Below, one piece after another: positions 35,235 through 44,058 of a stretch of 64,000 nucleotides of DNA. Origin of the DNA: Polyangium spumosum (GTDB lineage: Bacteria > Myxococcota_A > Polyangia > Polyangiales > Polyangiaceae). Location: contig NZ_WJIE01000009.1 of NCBI RefSeq assembly GCF_009649845.1, positions 96,685 to 160,684 on the forward strand. Direction: 5' to 3'. The position numbers and the translations under genes were made by a program. The notes below the pieces were generated by a model. It was not told the DNA's origin, made no database searches, and saw only the letters and a list, made by a program, of their open reading frames with translations. The first letter of the stretch is position 1. Every line of letters begins with the position of its first letter.

Positions 35235-37235
35235 TCAGTTGATCTTCACCATGCCGCCCTTCAAGGTCAGCATGCCGCCGCCCTCCACGGCGGCCTGCGC
35301 GCCGCCCTTCGCCTTCAGCGCGATCGCGCCCTCGAGCGTCATGTTCGTCCCGCCCTTGGCCTTGAAATCGGTGCCGGCCTTGAGCGTCATCCCCGTCCCG
35401 CTCTCGGCCTTGAAGTCCGTGCCCGCCTTCATCGTGAAGGCCTGCTTGGCCTTGATCGTCACGCTCTTCGCCTCGATCACGAGGTCGCCGTCGACCTTGA
35501 TCGTGTAGTTCTTCGTCACCTTGTAATCGAGGTTCGCCTTGTTCGTGTGCGCCTCGTCCTTCGTGACCTCGAGCGTGCGTTTGCCCTTCACGGCGTGGAG
35601 CTCGTCGCCCTTGTCCACCTTGATCGTGCGGTTGCCCTTCGTGACGGTGAGCGTCTCGTCGCCCTCCTCGATCGTCACCTTCCGCTCGTTCTTGACGTTC
35701 ATCGCGACATCGTGGAGGACCTTCACGGTCCAGTCGTTCTCCACCTCGAAGAGCATGTCCTTCTGGGCGTGCGCGTAGAACTCCTCGTTATCCTTCTTGT
35801 CGTCGAAGCGCAGCTCGTTGCCCGCGTCGCCCTCCTTCGAGGAGCGGCTCAGGATCGTGCTCTTCGTCTGCATGTCCGGCAAACCGTAGGGCACCGTCTG
35901 CTCGGCGTTGTACACCGAGCCCGTCACGAGCGGCCGATCCGGGTCGCCGTCGATGAAGCTCACGACGACCTCCTGCCCGATCCGCGGCAAGAACCACGTG
36001 CCCCAGCTCTTGCCCGCCCAGGCCTGCACCACGCGCACGAAGCACGAGCTCTTGTCGTCCTTCGCGCCCTTGCGATCCCAGTGGAACTGGACCTTGATGC
36101 GCCCGTATTCGTCCGTCCACTGCTCCTCGCCGCTCTTGCCCACGACGACGGCCGTCTGCGTGCCCGGGATCGCCGGCTTCGGCGTGATACGCGGCGCGCG
36201 GTACGAGGTCTTCTTCGGGAACGCCTCGAAGGTATTCGTGTACCCCTCCTGGCTCGCCCGGTGCGAGACCGAGAGCAGCACCCAGTCGGTGTTCGCGTCG
36301 TCCCGATCATGCTCGTCGAGCTTGAACGCGTGCCCCGCCGTGAACGCGCGGCACGTGGACGTGCCCGCCAGACGCACGGCCCGCGCCTCCTCGGCCTCGA
36401 TGCGCAGCTTCGCCCGCGCGTCCCCCGGGCTCTTCTCGACGTGACCGCCCGGGTATTCGAAGAGCTCGAGCTTGCCCGATTCGCCCGCGACCTCCGCGAG
36501 GAGCGACGTGCTCGGCATCTCGAAGTTGTAATCCGTCGCCGCGTATTTGCCCGCGACGATCTCCTCCTCGAGCGTGCACTCGAGGACGGCGTCCTCGTCC
36601 GTCGACGTGGAGAACTGCTCGACGAAGCGCGCCTTGTCGAGGTTCGGGCACGCCGCGGCCGACGCGCTGTCGTCGGAGAGCACCATGACGTGCTTGCCGT
36701 CCTCGTGCGCGAAATAATAGTGGATGCCCTCGTCCTCCATGAGGCGCGAGACGAAATCGAGCGCGGTCTCCTGGTACTGCACGCAGTACGGGCGCGGCGT
36801 GTAGGAGCCCTTCAGCGAATCCTTGAAGTGCTCGCCCGACGAGAACCCGAGCTCCTGGAAGAGCTCCTTCAGGATGTCGGGCACGCTCTTCTCCTGGAAG
36901 ATGCGGCAATCGCTGGTCTTGCCGAGCAGCCATAACCACGGGTGCAGCTCCGCCCGGTAGCGCGTCTGCTTGCCGACCCGCCCCGCCTGGACGAACCGCG
37001 TGCAGATCCCGTGGATGAAGCGCGGCTTCTCCTTCGCCATGCCCCGCACGGTCAAGGTCACGCCCTTGCCGACGATCGCCTTGAAGTCGAGGGCCTTCTC
37101 CGGCGAGACGAGCTCGAGCTCGAAGCGGAACAGCCCCGAGATCCGCTCCTCCCCGTGCAGATCGACGAGGAGCACGGCGTCGGGTCCGAACGGCGTCGCG
37201 ATGCCGATGCCAAGTGTGCCCTGCGGATAAGGCAT
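35235..37235 (-). CDS. vgrG: VgrG (TssI) spike protein; no C-terminal effector extension
   Basis: 666 aa. gp27/gp5-like VgrG core (LFRFELELVS..., SVSHRASQEGYTNTFEAFP, WAGKSWGTWFLPRIGQEVVVSFIDGDPDRPLVTGSVYNAEQ). C-terminal gp5 beta-helix repeats (TLEVTKDEAHT...VTKNYTIKVDGDLVIEA...). Confidence 0.9.
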   Translation of the reverse strand: MPYPQGTLGIGIATPFGPDAVLLVDLHGEERISGLFRFELELVSPEKALDFKAIVGKGVTLTVRGMAKEKPRFIHGICTRFVQAGRVGKQTRYRAELHPWLWLLGKTSDCRIFQEKSVPDILKELFQELGFSSGEHFKDSLKGSYTPRPYCVQYQETALDFVSRLMEDEGIHYYFAHEDGKHVMVLSDDSASAAACPNLDKARFVEQFSTSTDEDAVLECTLEEEIVAGKYAATDYNFEMPSTSLLAEVAGESGKLELFEYPGGHVEKSPGDARAKLRIEAEEARAVRLAGTSTCRAFTAGHAFKLDEHDRDDANTDWVLLSVSHRASQEGYTNTFEAFPKKTSYRAPRITPKPAIPGTQTAVVVGKSGEEQWTDEYGRIKVQFHWDRKGAKDDKSSCFVRVVQAWAGKSWGTWFLPRIGQEVVVSFIDGDPDRPLVTGSVYNAEQTVPYGLPDMQTKSTILSRSSKEGDAGNELRFDDKKDNEEFYAHAQKDMLFEVENDWTVKVLHDVAMNVKNERKVTIEEGDETLTVTKGNRTIKVDKGDELHAVKGKRTLEVTKDEAHTNKANLDYKVTKNYTIKVDGDLVIEAKSVTIKAKQAFTMKAGTDFKAESGTGMTLKAGTDFKAKGGTNMTLEGAIALKAKGGAQAAVEGGGMLTLKGGMVKIN

Positions 37236-37348
37236 GGAGCTCCGAGCGAGCGTACCGGGGATCGTCGCCTCCCGGCAAGAGGCTTGATCTCTGGCGCGCG
37301 CGTTGCGAAGATCGGTATCGTGCCCCGGCCCGAGAGAGAGACCCGCCG

Positions 37349-38191
37349 ATGACGTTCTTCCGGACGGGCCACGGTCTCTTCCAGTTCGGGAGGCCGAAGC
37401 GCCTCGACAGGCACGGGATCCTCTCGTTTTTGCGCGGCATCGCGCTCGATCGCCGCGGCATGCTGGAGCTGCGGCGTATGCTCGCCGAGGAGCTGCATCG
37501 CAGCTCGATCCACAACCTGCGCGACGATGTCGTGATCGAGCAGCTCGCGGAGCGGTACCTGCGCGGCTCGCTCACGCTCGTCCACGTGCGCCCGCCCGAC
37601 GTTGGGCTCGAGCTCGAAGGTTTCCTCGTCGAGGGCGCCGACGTCACGCCGCTCGTCGGCCCCAAGAACGAGGCCGGGGACCTGCGCCCCGCGCCCGAGG
37701 TCCCGCCGGAGTATCCCGTCCTCGCGCGGGTCGAGTCCGATCAGATCGTCGACTCCACGCTGAAGCTCTGCGCGAAGCTCGCGGACCTGCTCTTCGGGGC
37801 GTTTGGCCTGCAAAAACGCCCGTCGACCCTGGCGAAGGAGCTCGTGTTGCTCGCGGCCGAAGAGGCGAGCGGCGTGAAGCTCGCGAACACGAAGGTCGAC
37901 CTCGGCCTCGGCCTGCAGCTCCACCCGCAAGGGAAGGTCCTGCTGCCCGATCCGCAGGTGAAGGACGCGTACGTCGCCGCGGCGGCCGAGATCGCCGCGG
38001 GCCCGCGCCCGGCCGCGAAGGGCCTCATCGATCTGATGCTGCCGCTCACGCGGGTCGATACGAAGCGCCGCTTCGAAAACCCCGTCGGCGCCGGGCTGGT
38101 GAAGAGCGAGTCGGTCGAGGAAGCGGCCCCTCCGCCCGCGCCCGCGCCCGAGGACAAACCGGCGCCGAACCGCTGGATCTTCTCGCTCTGA
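37349..38191 (+). CDS. hypothetical protein (280 aa), divergent from vgrG
   Basis: Internal Met at 37349 (MTFFRTGHGLFQFGRPKRLDRHGILSFLRG...) with balanced composition and a Pro-rich C-terminus. The competing minus ORF 37058..38344 is Arg/Gly-rich junk. No recognisable domain. Confidence 0.5.
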   Translation: MTFFRTGHGLFQFGRPKRLDRHGILSFLRGIALDRRGMLELRRMLAEELHRSSIHNLRDDVVIEQLAERYLRGSLTLVHVRPPDVGLELEGFLVEGADVTPLVGPKNEAGDLRPAPEVPPEYPVLARVESDQIVDSTLKLCAKLADLLFGAFGLQKRPSTLAKELVLLAAEEASGVKLANTKVDLGLGLQLHPQGKVLLPDPQVKDAYVAAAAEIAAGPRPAAKGLIDLMLPLTRVDTKRRFENPVGAGLVKSESVEEAAPPPAPAPEDKPAPNRWIFSL

Positions 38192-38205
38192 CGTCGCGGC
38201 TCCCG

Positions 38206-38988
38206 TCAACGCACGACGCGTAACGCGCCGTCGACCTTCGCCACGTAGACGGGGATCTGGAGCTGCGAGCCGTCCTTGTCCGGCACCGTCTGGAGCAGCG
38301 GGCGCTTCGGCTTTCGCATGAGCTCCCAGATCCGGCCCTCGCACATCGAGACCGGCAGGATGTCCGTCGCCCCGAACGCGAGGTCCATCGGGCCCGGCAG
38401 CAGCTTGCCCTGCACGAACTCCACGAAGTCGTCGCGCATGCGCGCCTCCGTCTCGTAATACGCTTGCCCGAAATCGCGTATCTTCGGCGCGAACTCCTTC
38501 ACGAGCCCCACCACGTCCGACGCGGCGAAGAGGTCCCGCAGGCGCGTCGCGTAGGCGAGCAGCGGCTCCGGATCCTCGATCGGCTCCGCTTCCCGGAGGA
38601 GCTCGGGGAACGCGGGGCCCTCGTTGTCGAATTCGAACGAGAGCTGCAAAGGGATCGCCGGGACCTGCCCGGCGAGCGCTTTTTGTACGTCGATGGAGAG
38701 CACGACGTCGCCGGCCTCGTCCGGCGCCACGATGTCCCCGGCCTTGTACGCCGACACCGAGCCGGTGATGTCGATGTCGAGCGGCGAGCTCATCCCTTTC
38801 CGCGTGATCGTCGGGAGCGCCTGGATGCCGAGCACGTTCCCCTTGCCGACGAGGAGCTGGTTCACCGGCGGCGCCACGCTGATCGGCGCCCGCGCGTCCA
38901 CGGCGAGGAGCTGAAAGCCGTTCAGCGTGACCCGCGCGAGGCAGGCGCGCAGCGACAGGTTCAGGTGGAAGATCGGTTTGTCCTGCAT
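38206..38988 (-). CDS. hypothetical protein (260 aa), immediately downstream of the giant toxin gene; candidate immunity/adaptor
   Basis: Balanced composition; 4-nt gap to the upstream gene's stop. No signal peptide or known domain recognised. Confidence 0.6.
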   Translation of the reverse strand: MQDKPIFHLNLSLRACLARVTLNGFQLLAVDARAPISVAPPVNQLLVGKGNVLGIQALPTITRKGMSSPLDIDITGSVSAYKAGDIVAPDEAGDVVLSIDVQKALAGQVPAIPLQLSFEFDNEGPAFPELLREAEPIEDPEPLLAYATRLRDLFAASDVVGLVKEFAPKIRDFGQAYYETEARMRDDFVEFVQGKLLPGPMDLAFGATDILPVSMCEGRIWELMRKPKRPLLQTVPDKDGSQLQIPVYVAKVDGALRVVR

Positions 38989-38992
38989 GCGC

Positions 38993-41900
38993 TCACTTGC
39001 ACTTGTCCACGAGTTCCTTGCACGGATCGATGTAGCTGGCCGACATGATCTTATCGAGCTCCTTGTTCACGAAGCTCAGGAAGGTCTTGTCGTCGATCCA
39101 GTCGCGCGCCCAGTCGCGCGTGCCGATGATGTCGAGCCGCTGCCGGATGTCGTGCGCGAGCCCCTCGATCGAGCTCGAGTCGCGGAAGATGTCCTTGCGG
39201 GCGTCGATCTTCGCCGCGAGCGTCTGCGCGATCTTCTCGGTGGACCATTGCGTGTCCGGTGTCCACGCGCTCCCGGACTCCGTGAACACCCGGATGTTCA
39301 GCCCGTCGGTGAGTTTGTCCTCGAGGATCTCCTCGATCTGGCTCCGCGTGATGAAGGGGGCCGTGTAGGGCTCGTCCGGCCATTCGAAGTCCCCGAGGTC
39401 CTCGGCTTCGATGAACGTCTGCTGCGAGACGTGGTTGCCCAGCCAGCCGCCCGGGCCCACCGACGCCTTGATCTTCCCCGCGAGCCCCGTCCAGCTCATG
39501 GAGCTCTTCATCGAGAAGCCTTCCCGGCTGTGGATCTGGAGCTTCCCCTGGAATTCGAACCCGCTCTCCAGCGTGGCCTCGAATTCGACGCAGCTCCCTG
39601 CCTGGACACGCGCCCCCACGGCGCCCGCGATGCTCAAGGTGAACGGGATCGCGACGGTGGCGTCCACGCCCGGGCTGACGCGCTCGATCTCGTAGTTGAT
39701 GGAGACGCCCCCCTCGATCTTCGCGAAGAGCTGCGCCTTGAAGCTGCAGCTCGCGATCCCGACGCCGATCTCGGCGGAGGCCGAGAACAGGTTGAACTGG
39801 AAGATCAGCTTCGCCCCGGCGTACGCCCGTTCGTCCTTGTATTCCTTCTGCTGCCATTCGAGGTTGAAGACGCCCTGGAGGACCTGGAACTCCCACTGGG
39901 CATACCAGCCGATCTTGGGGACCGCGTCCTGGATGCCCTTCATGATCTTGAGCGCGTGCTGCACGAGCCCCACGATGCCCAGGATCGGCTGGATGACGTC
40001 GGCCGCGTTGACGAGCGACTTGCCATCCATCGTGATGGTGACGCCCTCCCCGAAGGGTTTTTTCTCCGCCCCCTTCTTGGGTTTTTCCCAGCCGGCTGGC
40101 TCCTCGAGCGACTCTCCTGCGTCGACCCACGCGAGGCCCTTGCTGCCGTCGGAGAGCGTGACCTCGTCGAGCTTCTCCCCGAGCTTCGAGCCCATCTTGG
40201 CGCTGCGCACCTTGGGCATTTTGATCGCGAGCGCGAGCTTGTTCGGCGCGTAGACCGCGATGGTGAGGGGCTTTTCGAATCCCTCGACCTTGTACTCCGT
40301 CGCCGCGGTGAAGGCCTTCCAGAACGTGGCGCCGAGGATGTTGTGGCCCAGGGTGCCCTTGAACGCGACCTTGACGTCGTATTGCGTGTAGCCCTCGCCC
40401 GCGGCCTTCCCCTGCACCGTGACCTTCTCGCCCCCGCGCGACACCGTGATCGCGCTCGGCGAAGGCTTCGCGCCGCCCCGGTAGAGGAGCGTCACCACGT
40501 CCTCGAGCGTCTGCGCGTCGGGGACCACCTCGAAGCGGGCCACGTTTTTCACGCGGCTCTTTCGGCTCGCGAGCTCGTGCGCGCAAAAAACGACGAGCTC
40601 GCTCTCCCCCGCGCCCGTCGTCGCCCCGCCCGACGTCGAGCCGGCCGTCTCGCCCTCCTCGGACGTCTCCTCCGTCGCCTCGTTCTCCGCCGGCGGCGCC
40701 TGCAAAAGCGAGAGCGTGCGCCAGTGCTCGATGAGGCCGATCGGGTGCAGGTGCCAGACCTTGTCCTTCGAGGGCAAACCCGCGCTCGATGCGTCTCCCC
40801 AGAAGCCGAGCTTCTTGATGTACTCACGCGTCGTCGCGAGCGACGCGTCGTCGAGGTTCCACGGCGGCCCCTTCAATCGATCGAGCCCCGGCACCTCGCC
40901 GGCCCACTCCGTCGGATGCAGGCACGCGATCCGCCGCAGCTTCTCGGCGATCGCGGGGTCCTTCAAGGCCGCCTTGATCTCCGCCGCCGAGACCTTCCCG
41001 TCCTTGTTCTCGTCGACGAGCCCGAGCAGGCTCGGCGCGTCGCAGAGCCCATCCTGGCTGAATTTGCCGGGCTCCTCGATCCGCTGCCAGCGCGGCCAGT
41101 CGTACGCGAAGAGGACCTTCGTATCCTTGTCGACTTCGATCCAGCCCTTCCCCCCGCCGAAATCCACCTCTTGCCAGACCTTGCCCTCCTTGTCCTTGAA
41201 GACCCGCGCGTCCGAGGCGGGCAAGATCTCGGTGAAGATCTCCGCCGCGTTCGAGCCCGCCCCGTCCTCGAACACGACCGCGCCGTCGGGTTTTTCCTTG
41301 GAAAGGACGGGCAACGCGCTCTTCAGCGTGTAGCGCGACGTCTTGCCGTCCCAGTCCCCGAGCAGCTCGCGCTTCGTCCAGCCCGTGCGTTTCTCCTGCT
41401 CCGCTTTCGGGAGCACATACCGCACCTGGCGGTCGCTCTCGCCCTTCTGCGCGACCCAGTACACCTTCGCGCCCTTCGGCGCGTTGATTTCAATCGTCGC
41501 GCCCCCGCCGGGCTCGGTCGTGAGCGTCGCGAGTGGCGCCGCCAGCGTATACGCCGCGCTCCCCTGGTCATACGCCCCGAGCAGCTCGCGCTTCGTCCAT
41601 CCCACGGCCTCGCTGCAAGCGACCTTGCGCAGATCGCCGGGCGGCTGCTCCACGAGGCTGAGGCGTGCGCCGGCGGGCCAGTCGACCTTCACCTCGGGCG
41701 GCGTGACGTTCTTGCGTGTCTTGAACTTCGTGCCCGCCGCGATCTGCAAGAGCCCCGGGCCGCCCTTGTCGCCCTTGGGGTTCTTCATGAACTCGACGTC
41801 GCCCGTCAGCACCTCGAAATGGGTCGTCGCCGGCCGCGTGAAGAACACGCCCGGATACCCGAGAATGGCGCCCGCCGTGACCGGGATCTTGCACGCGACC

Positions 41901-44017
41901 ACCTGATCGAACTTCTCGGGCTCGAGCTTGCACTCGTATTTGATGTTCGGGTCGCCCTCGCCGCCCACGTAGACCCAGCCGCCGCCCGAGAGCTCGTGCC
42001 AGCCGGTCCCGATCTTCCCCCCGGGCGCGACCGCGTTCGGGTCCTTGAAGCTCACCTCCTCGCCGAGCTTGGCCACCCGCAAGACCTTGCTCCCCCGGCC
42101 CGTCTCGCGCACGTTGAGCCCCCCCGAATCCTCGGTGGTCGCAATCGTGAACTTGTGCTTCTTGAACATCACGGGCGGGTTCTTCTTCTGCGCGTCGGTG
42201 TACTCCTCGAAAGGCAAGAGGTGCATCACCAGCGAGAAGAGCTCGAGCTTCGCGCCCTTCGGCGTGTACCGCTCGTGCCGGACGAGCACGAAGCCATTCG
42301 AATACCGCATCGGCTCGCCCGCGAGCTCCACCTCGAGCGCCTTCTTGTTGATGCGATACGCCACGATGTCGCCGTCGGCGATGGCCTGGAGCGCATCCGC
42401 GCCCGCGTCGAGGTGCACGCCCCCGTGCCAGAAGTTGTTGGCCCCGATGGGGAAGAACCCGCCCTCGCCCCCCTCGTTCAGCGAATAATGGGCCTCGGCG
42501 TCCTTGCCGACGATCGGGAGGCGGATGCTCGCGCTCGCGCTCGCAGGCGTGAGGAAATCCCCCTCGACGAGGGTGTAAATGAGCGAACGCGTGCCGTCCT
42601 TGGCCGGCTTGCCGGAGAGCTCGTTCTGGAGCGTGCCCTTGATCGAGGTGTCCGCCTCGATCTTCTTGATGAAATCGACGTAGCTCTTGATCCCCGCGAT
42701 CACCTGGCAGCCCGCGGACCAGGCGCGGCTGCGGTCCGCGGCGACCAGGCCCGTGTCGCCGCCGTAATGGATGTTGATGTCGCCCGCGTCGTACGCCGTC
42801 GCGTGGGTGTCGCCGACCGCGCCGACCTGCTCCTCGTCGCCGACGAGCGCCGTCCGTACGGTCGGGTCCGGCCGGAGCGCGCGATAGTTCTTCCCGCTCA
42901 GGTCCTTCCCCGTCATGCCGTCCTTCAGGCTGACGTGTGTCCCGTACCGCGAGATCCCGTGATTGCCGAGCGCATACTTGTGTTGCCCGAGCAAGAGCAC
43001 CGACTGGCTGCCCTTGATCGTCCACTCCGTGGTGCACTGGTAGAGCGCGACCTTCTTCTGCCCCGCCGTCGTCTTGTAGACGAGGAACATGCAATCGTCG
43101 TACTTCGTGTTCGTGCTCTGGACCGGCTTCTTCTCCTTGTGATCGAAGCCGCGCGCCGCGAGCAGGTTCACGCGCCCGTTCTCGTCCTGGAAGTCGTACG
43201 CGCTTTTCCCCTCGTTGCCGAACCGCTTCTGCGCCCGCTTCCACACCTCGCGCAGGTGGTCGTAGAGCACGTCCTCGGGCATCGTGGAGAGGTCGAACTG
43301 CGTCGTCGGCTCGCGATACACCACGAGCGGCGCGTCGTCGTCGTCGTCGTCCTCCGCCCCCGTGCCGCCGGCCTTCTTCAGGAAATCCGAGCGATCGAGG
43401 ATGCGCCAGTTGTACCCGCCGCGTTGCGCCACCGCGAACGAGCCGTCCGCGTTCCGGGGCTTCTGGTTCTTGAGGTTGGTATTGTCCCTCCAGTAATCGA
43501 GGTCGTGGATGAGCGCGCAGAAGCCCGGGTAATCGTTGTCCTTGACGCAAGCGACGAGCCGCGGGTGCTTCGTCGAGAGGTCCCCGCGATACGCGAGGTC
43601 GACGAGCACCTCCTTCATCGGCGTCGGGTACTTCTCCCAGTCGCCGCCGTAGTCCGCGACCCTCGTCTTCGCCTTCTCGACGTAGGCGGGATAAATCTTC
43701 TGGTAGAGCGTCTTCGCGACGTCCTTCGAGATCGTCGGCAGGCTCGCGACGTTGTCCGCGACCCACTTCTTGGCCGCGTCCCCCTTCTTCCCCGCGCCAT
43801 TGCTCAGCTTCTCCGCGTCGGCCGCGGACACGCCCGCCGCGACGAGGTCGGCCTTGACCACCGCCTTCGTGCGGCCCCCCATGTCGTAACCGGCCCCGAG
43901 CGTCACCCCGGACGCGGCCGAATCGGGCCAATGTACCTCGAGGATGTCCTTGGTGTTGCCCCCCTCGACGGCGAACGTGAGCTCGGAGAAATGGGGGAAG
44001 ACGTGGGTGCCGCTCAT
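38993..44017 (-). CDS. giant (1675 aa) putative polymorphic toxin / T6SS cargo effector: lysozyme-like (GH24-like) N-terminal domain, EF-hand-like loop, hydrophobic beta-rich C-terminal domain
   Basis: ATG at 44017 (MSGTHVFPHF...), an internal Met of tracked ORF 38993..44140. N-terminal region resembles phage lysozyme (E...D...T spacing, then KEVLVDLAYRGDL...LVACVKDNDYPGFCALIHDLDYW). EF-hand-like loop DENKDGKVSAAEIKAAL at about 40955-41014. Duplicated GWTKRELLG modules. C-terminal Gly/Ala/hydrophobic segments. Lys-rich, lower-GC composition than neighbours. Confidence 0.75.
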   Translation of the reverse strand: MSGTHVFPHFSELTFAVEGGNTKDILEVHWPDSAASGVTLGAGYDMGGRTKAVVKADLVAAGVSAADAEKLSNGAGKKGDAAKKWVADNVASLPTISKDVAKTLYQKIYPAYVEKAKTRVADYGGDWEKYPTPMKEVLVDLAYRGDLSTKHPRLVACVKDNDYPGFCALIHDLDYWRDNTNLKNQKPRNADGSFAVAQRGGYNWRILDRSDFLKKAGGTGAEDDDDDDAPLVVYREPTTQFDLSTMPEDVLYDHLREVWKRAQKRFGNEGKSAYDFQDENGRVNLLAARGFDHKEKKPVQSTNTKYDDCMFLVYKTTAGQKKVALYQCTTEWTIKGSQSVLLLGQHKYALGNHGISRYGTHVSLKDGMTGKDLSGKNYRALRPDPTVRTALVGDEEQVGAVGDTHATAYDAGDINIHYGGDTGLVAADRSRAWSAGCQVIAGIKSYVDFIKKIEADTSIKGTLQNELSGKPAKDGTRSLIYTLVEGDFLTPASASASIRLPIVGKDAEAHYSLNEGGEGGFFPIGANNFWHGGVHLDAGADALQAIADGDIVAYRINKKALEVELAGEPMRYSNGFVLVRHERYTPKGAKLELFSLVMHLLPFEEYTDAQKKNPPVMFKKHKFTIATTEDSGGLNVRETGRGSKVLRVAKLGEEVSFKDPNAVAPGGKIGTGWHELSGGGWVYVGGEGDPNIKYECKLEPEKFDQVVACKIPVTAGAILGYPGVFFTRPATTHFEVLTGDVEFMKNPKGDKGGPGLLQIAAGTKFKTRKNVTPPEVKVDWPAGARLSLVEQPPGDLRKVACSEAVGWTKRELLGAYDQGSAAYTLAAPLATLTTEPGGGATIEINAPKGAKVYWVAQKGESDRQVRYVLPKAEQEKRTGWTKRELLGDWDGKTSRYTLKSALPVLSKEKPDGAVVFEDGAGSNAAEIFTEILPASDARVFKDKEGKVWQEVDFGGGKGWIEVDKDTKVLFAYDWPRWQRIEEPGKFSQDGLCDAPSLLGLVDENKDGKVSAAEIKAALKDPAIAEKLRRIACLHPTEWAGEVPGLDRLKGPPWNLDDASLATTREYIKKLGFWGDASSAGLPSKDKVWHLHPIGLIEHWRTLSLLQAPPAENEATEETSEEGETAGSTSGGATTGAGESELVVFCAHELASRKSRVKNVARFEVVPDAQTLEDVVTLLYRGGAKPSPSAITVSRGGEKVTVQGKAAGEGYTQYDVKVAFKGTLGHNILGATFWKAFTAATEYKVEGFEKPLTIAVYAPNKLALAIKMPKVRSAKMGSKLGEKLDEVTLSDGSKGLAWVDAGESLEEPAGWEKPKKGAEKKPFGEGVTITMDGKSLVNAADVIQPILGIVGLVQHALKIMKGIQDAVPKIGWYAQWEFQVLQGVFNLEWQQKEYKDERAYAGAKLIFQFNLFSASAEIGVGIASCSFKAQLFAKIEGGVSINYEIERVSPGVDATVAIPFTLSIAGAVGARVQAGSCVEFEATLESGFEFQGKLQIHSREGFSMKSSMSWTGLAGKIKASVGPGGWLGNHVSQQTFIEAEDLGDFEWPDEPYTAPFITRSQIEEILEDKLTDGLNIRVFTESGSAWTPDTQWSTEKIAQTLAAKIDARKDIFRDSSSIEGLAHDIRQRLDIIGTRDWARDWIDDKTFLSFVNKELDKIMSASYIDPCKELVDKCK

Positions 44018-44058
44018 GATGCCACCGGACGTGGGATGATACACGTCGGCGCGGCGGA

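Noticed and set aside
35175-36935. 586-aa + ORF antisense to vgrG; 37058..38344 minus ORF
   Set aside because: R/L/V/G-rich junk. vgrG and the 280-aa + gene explain the region better.
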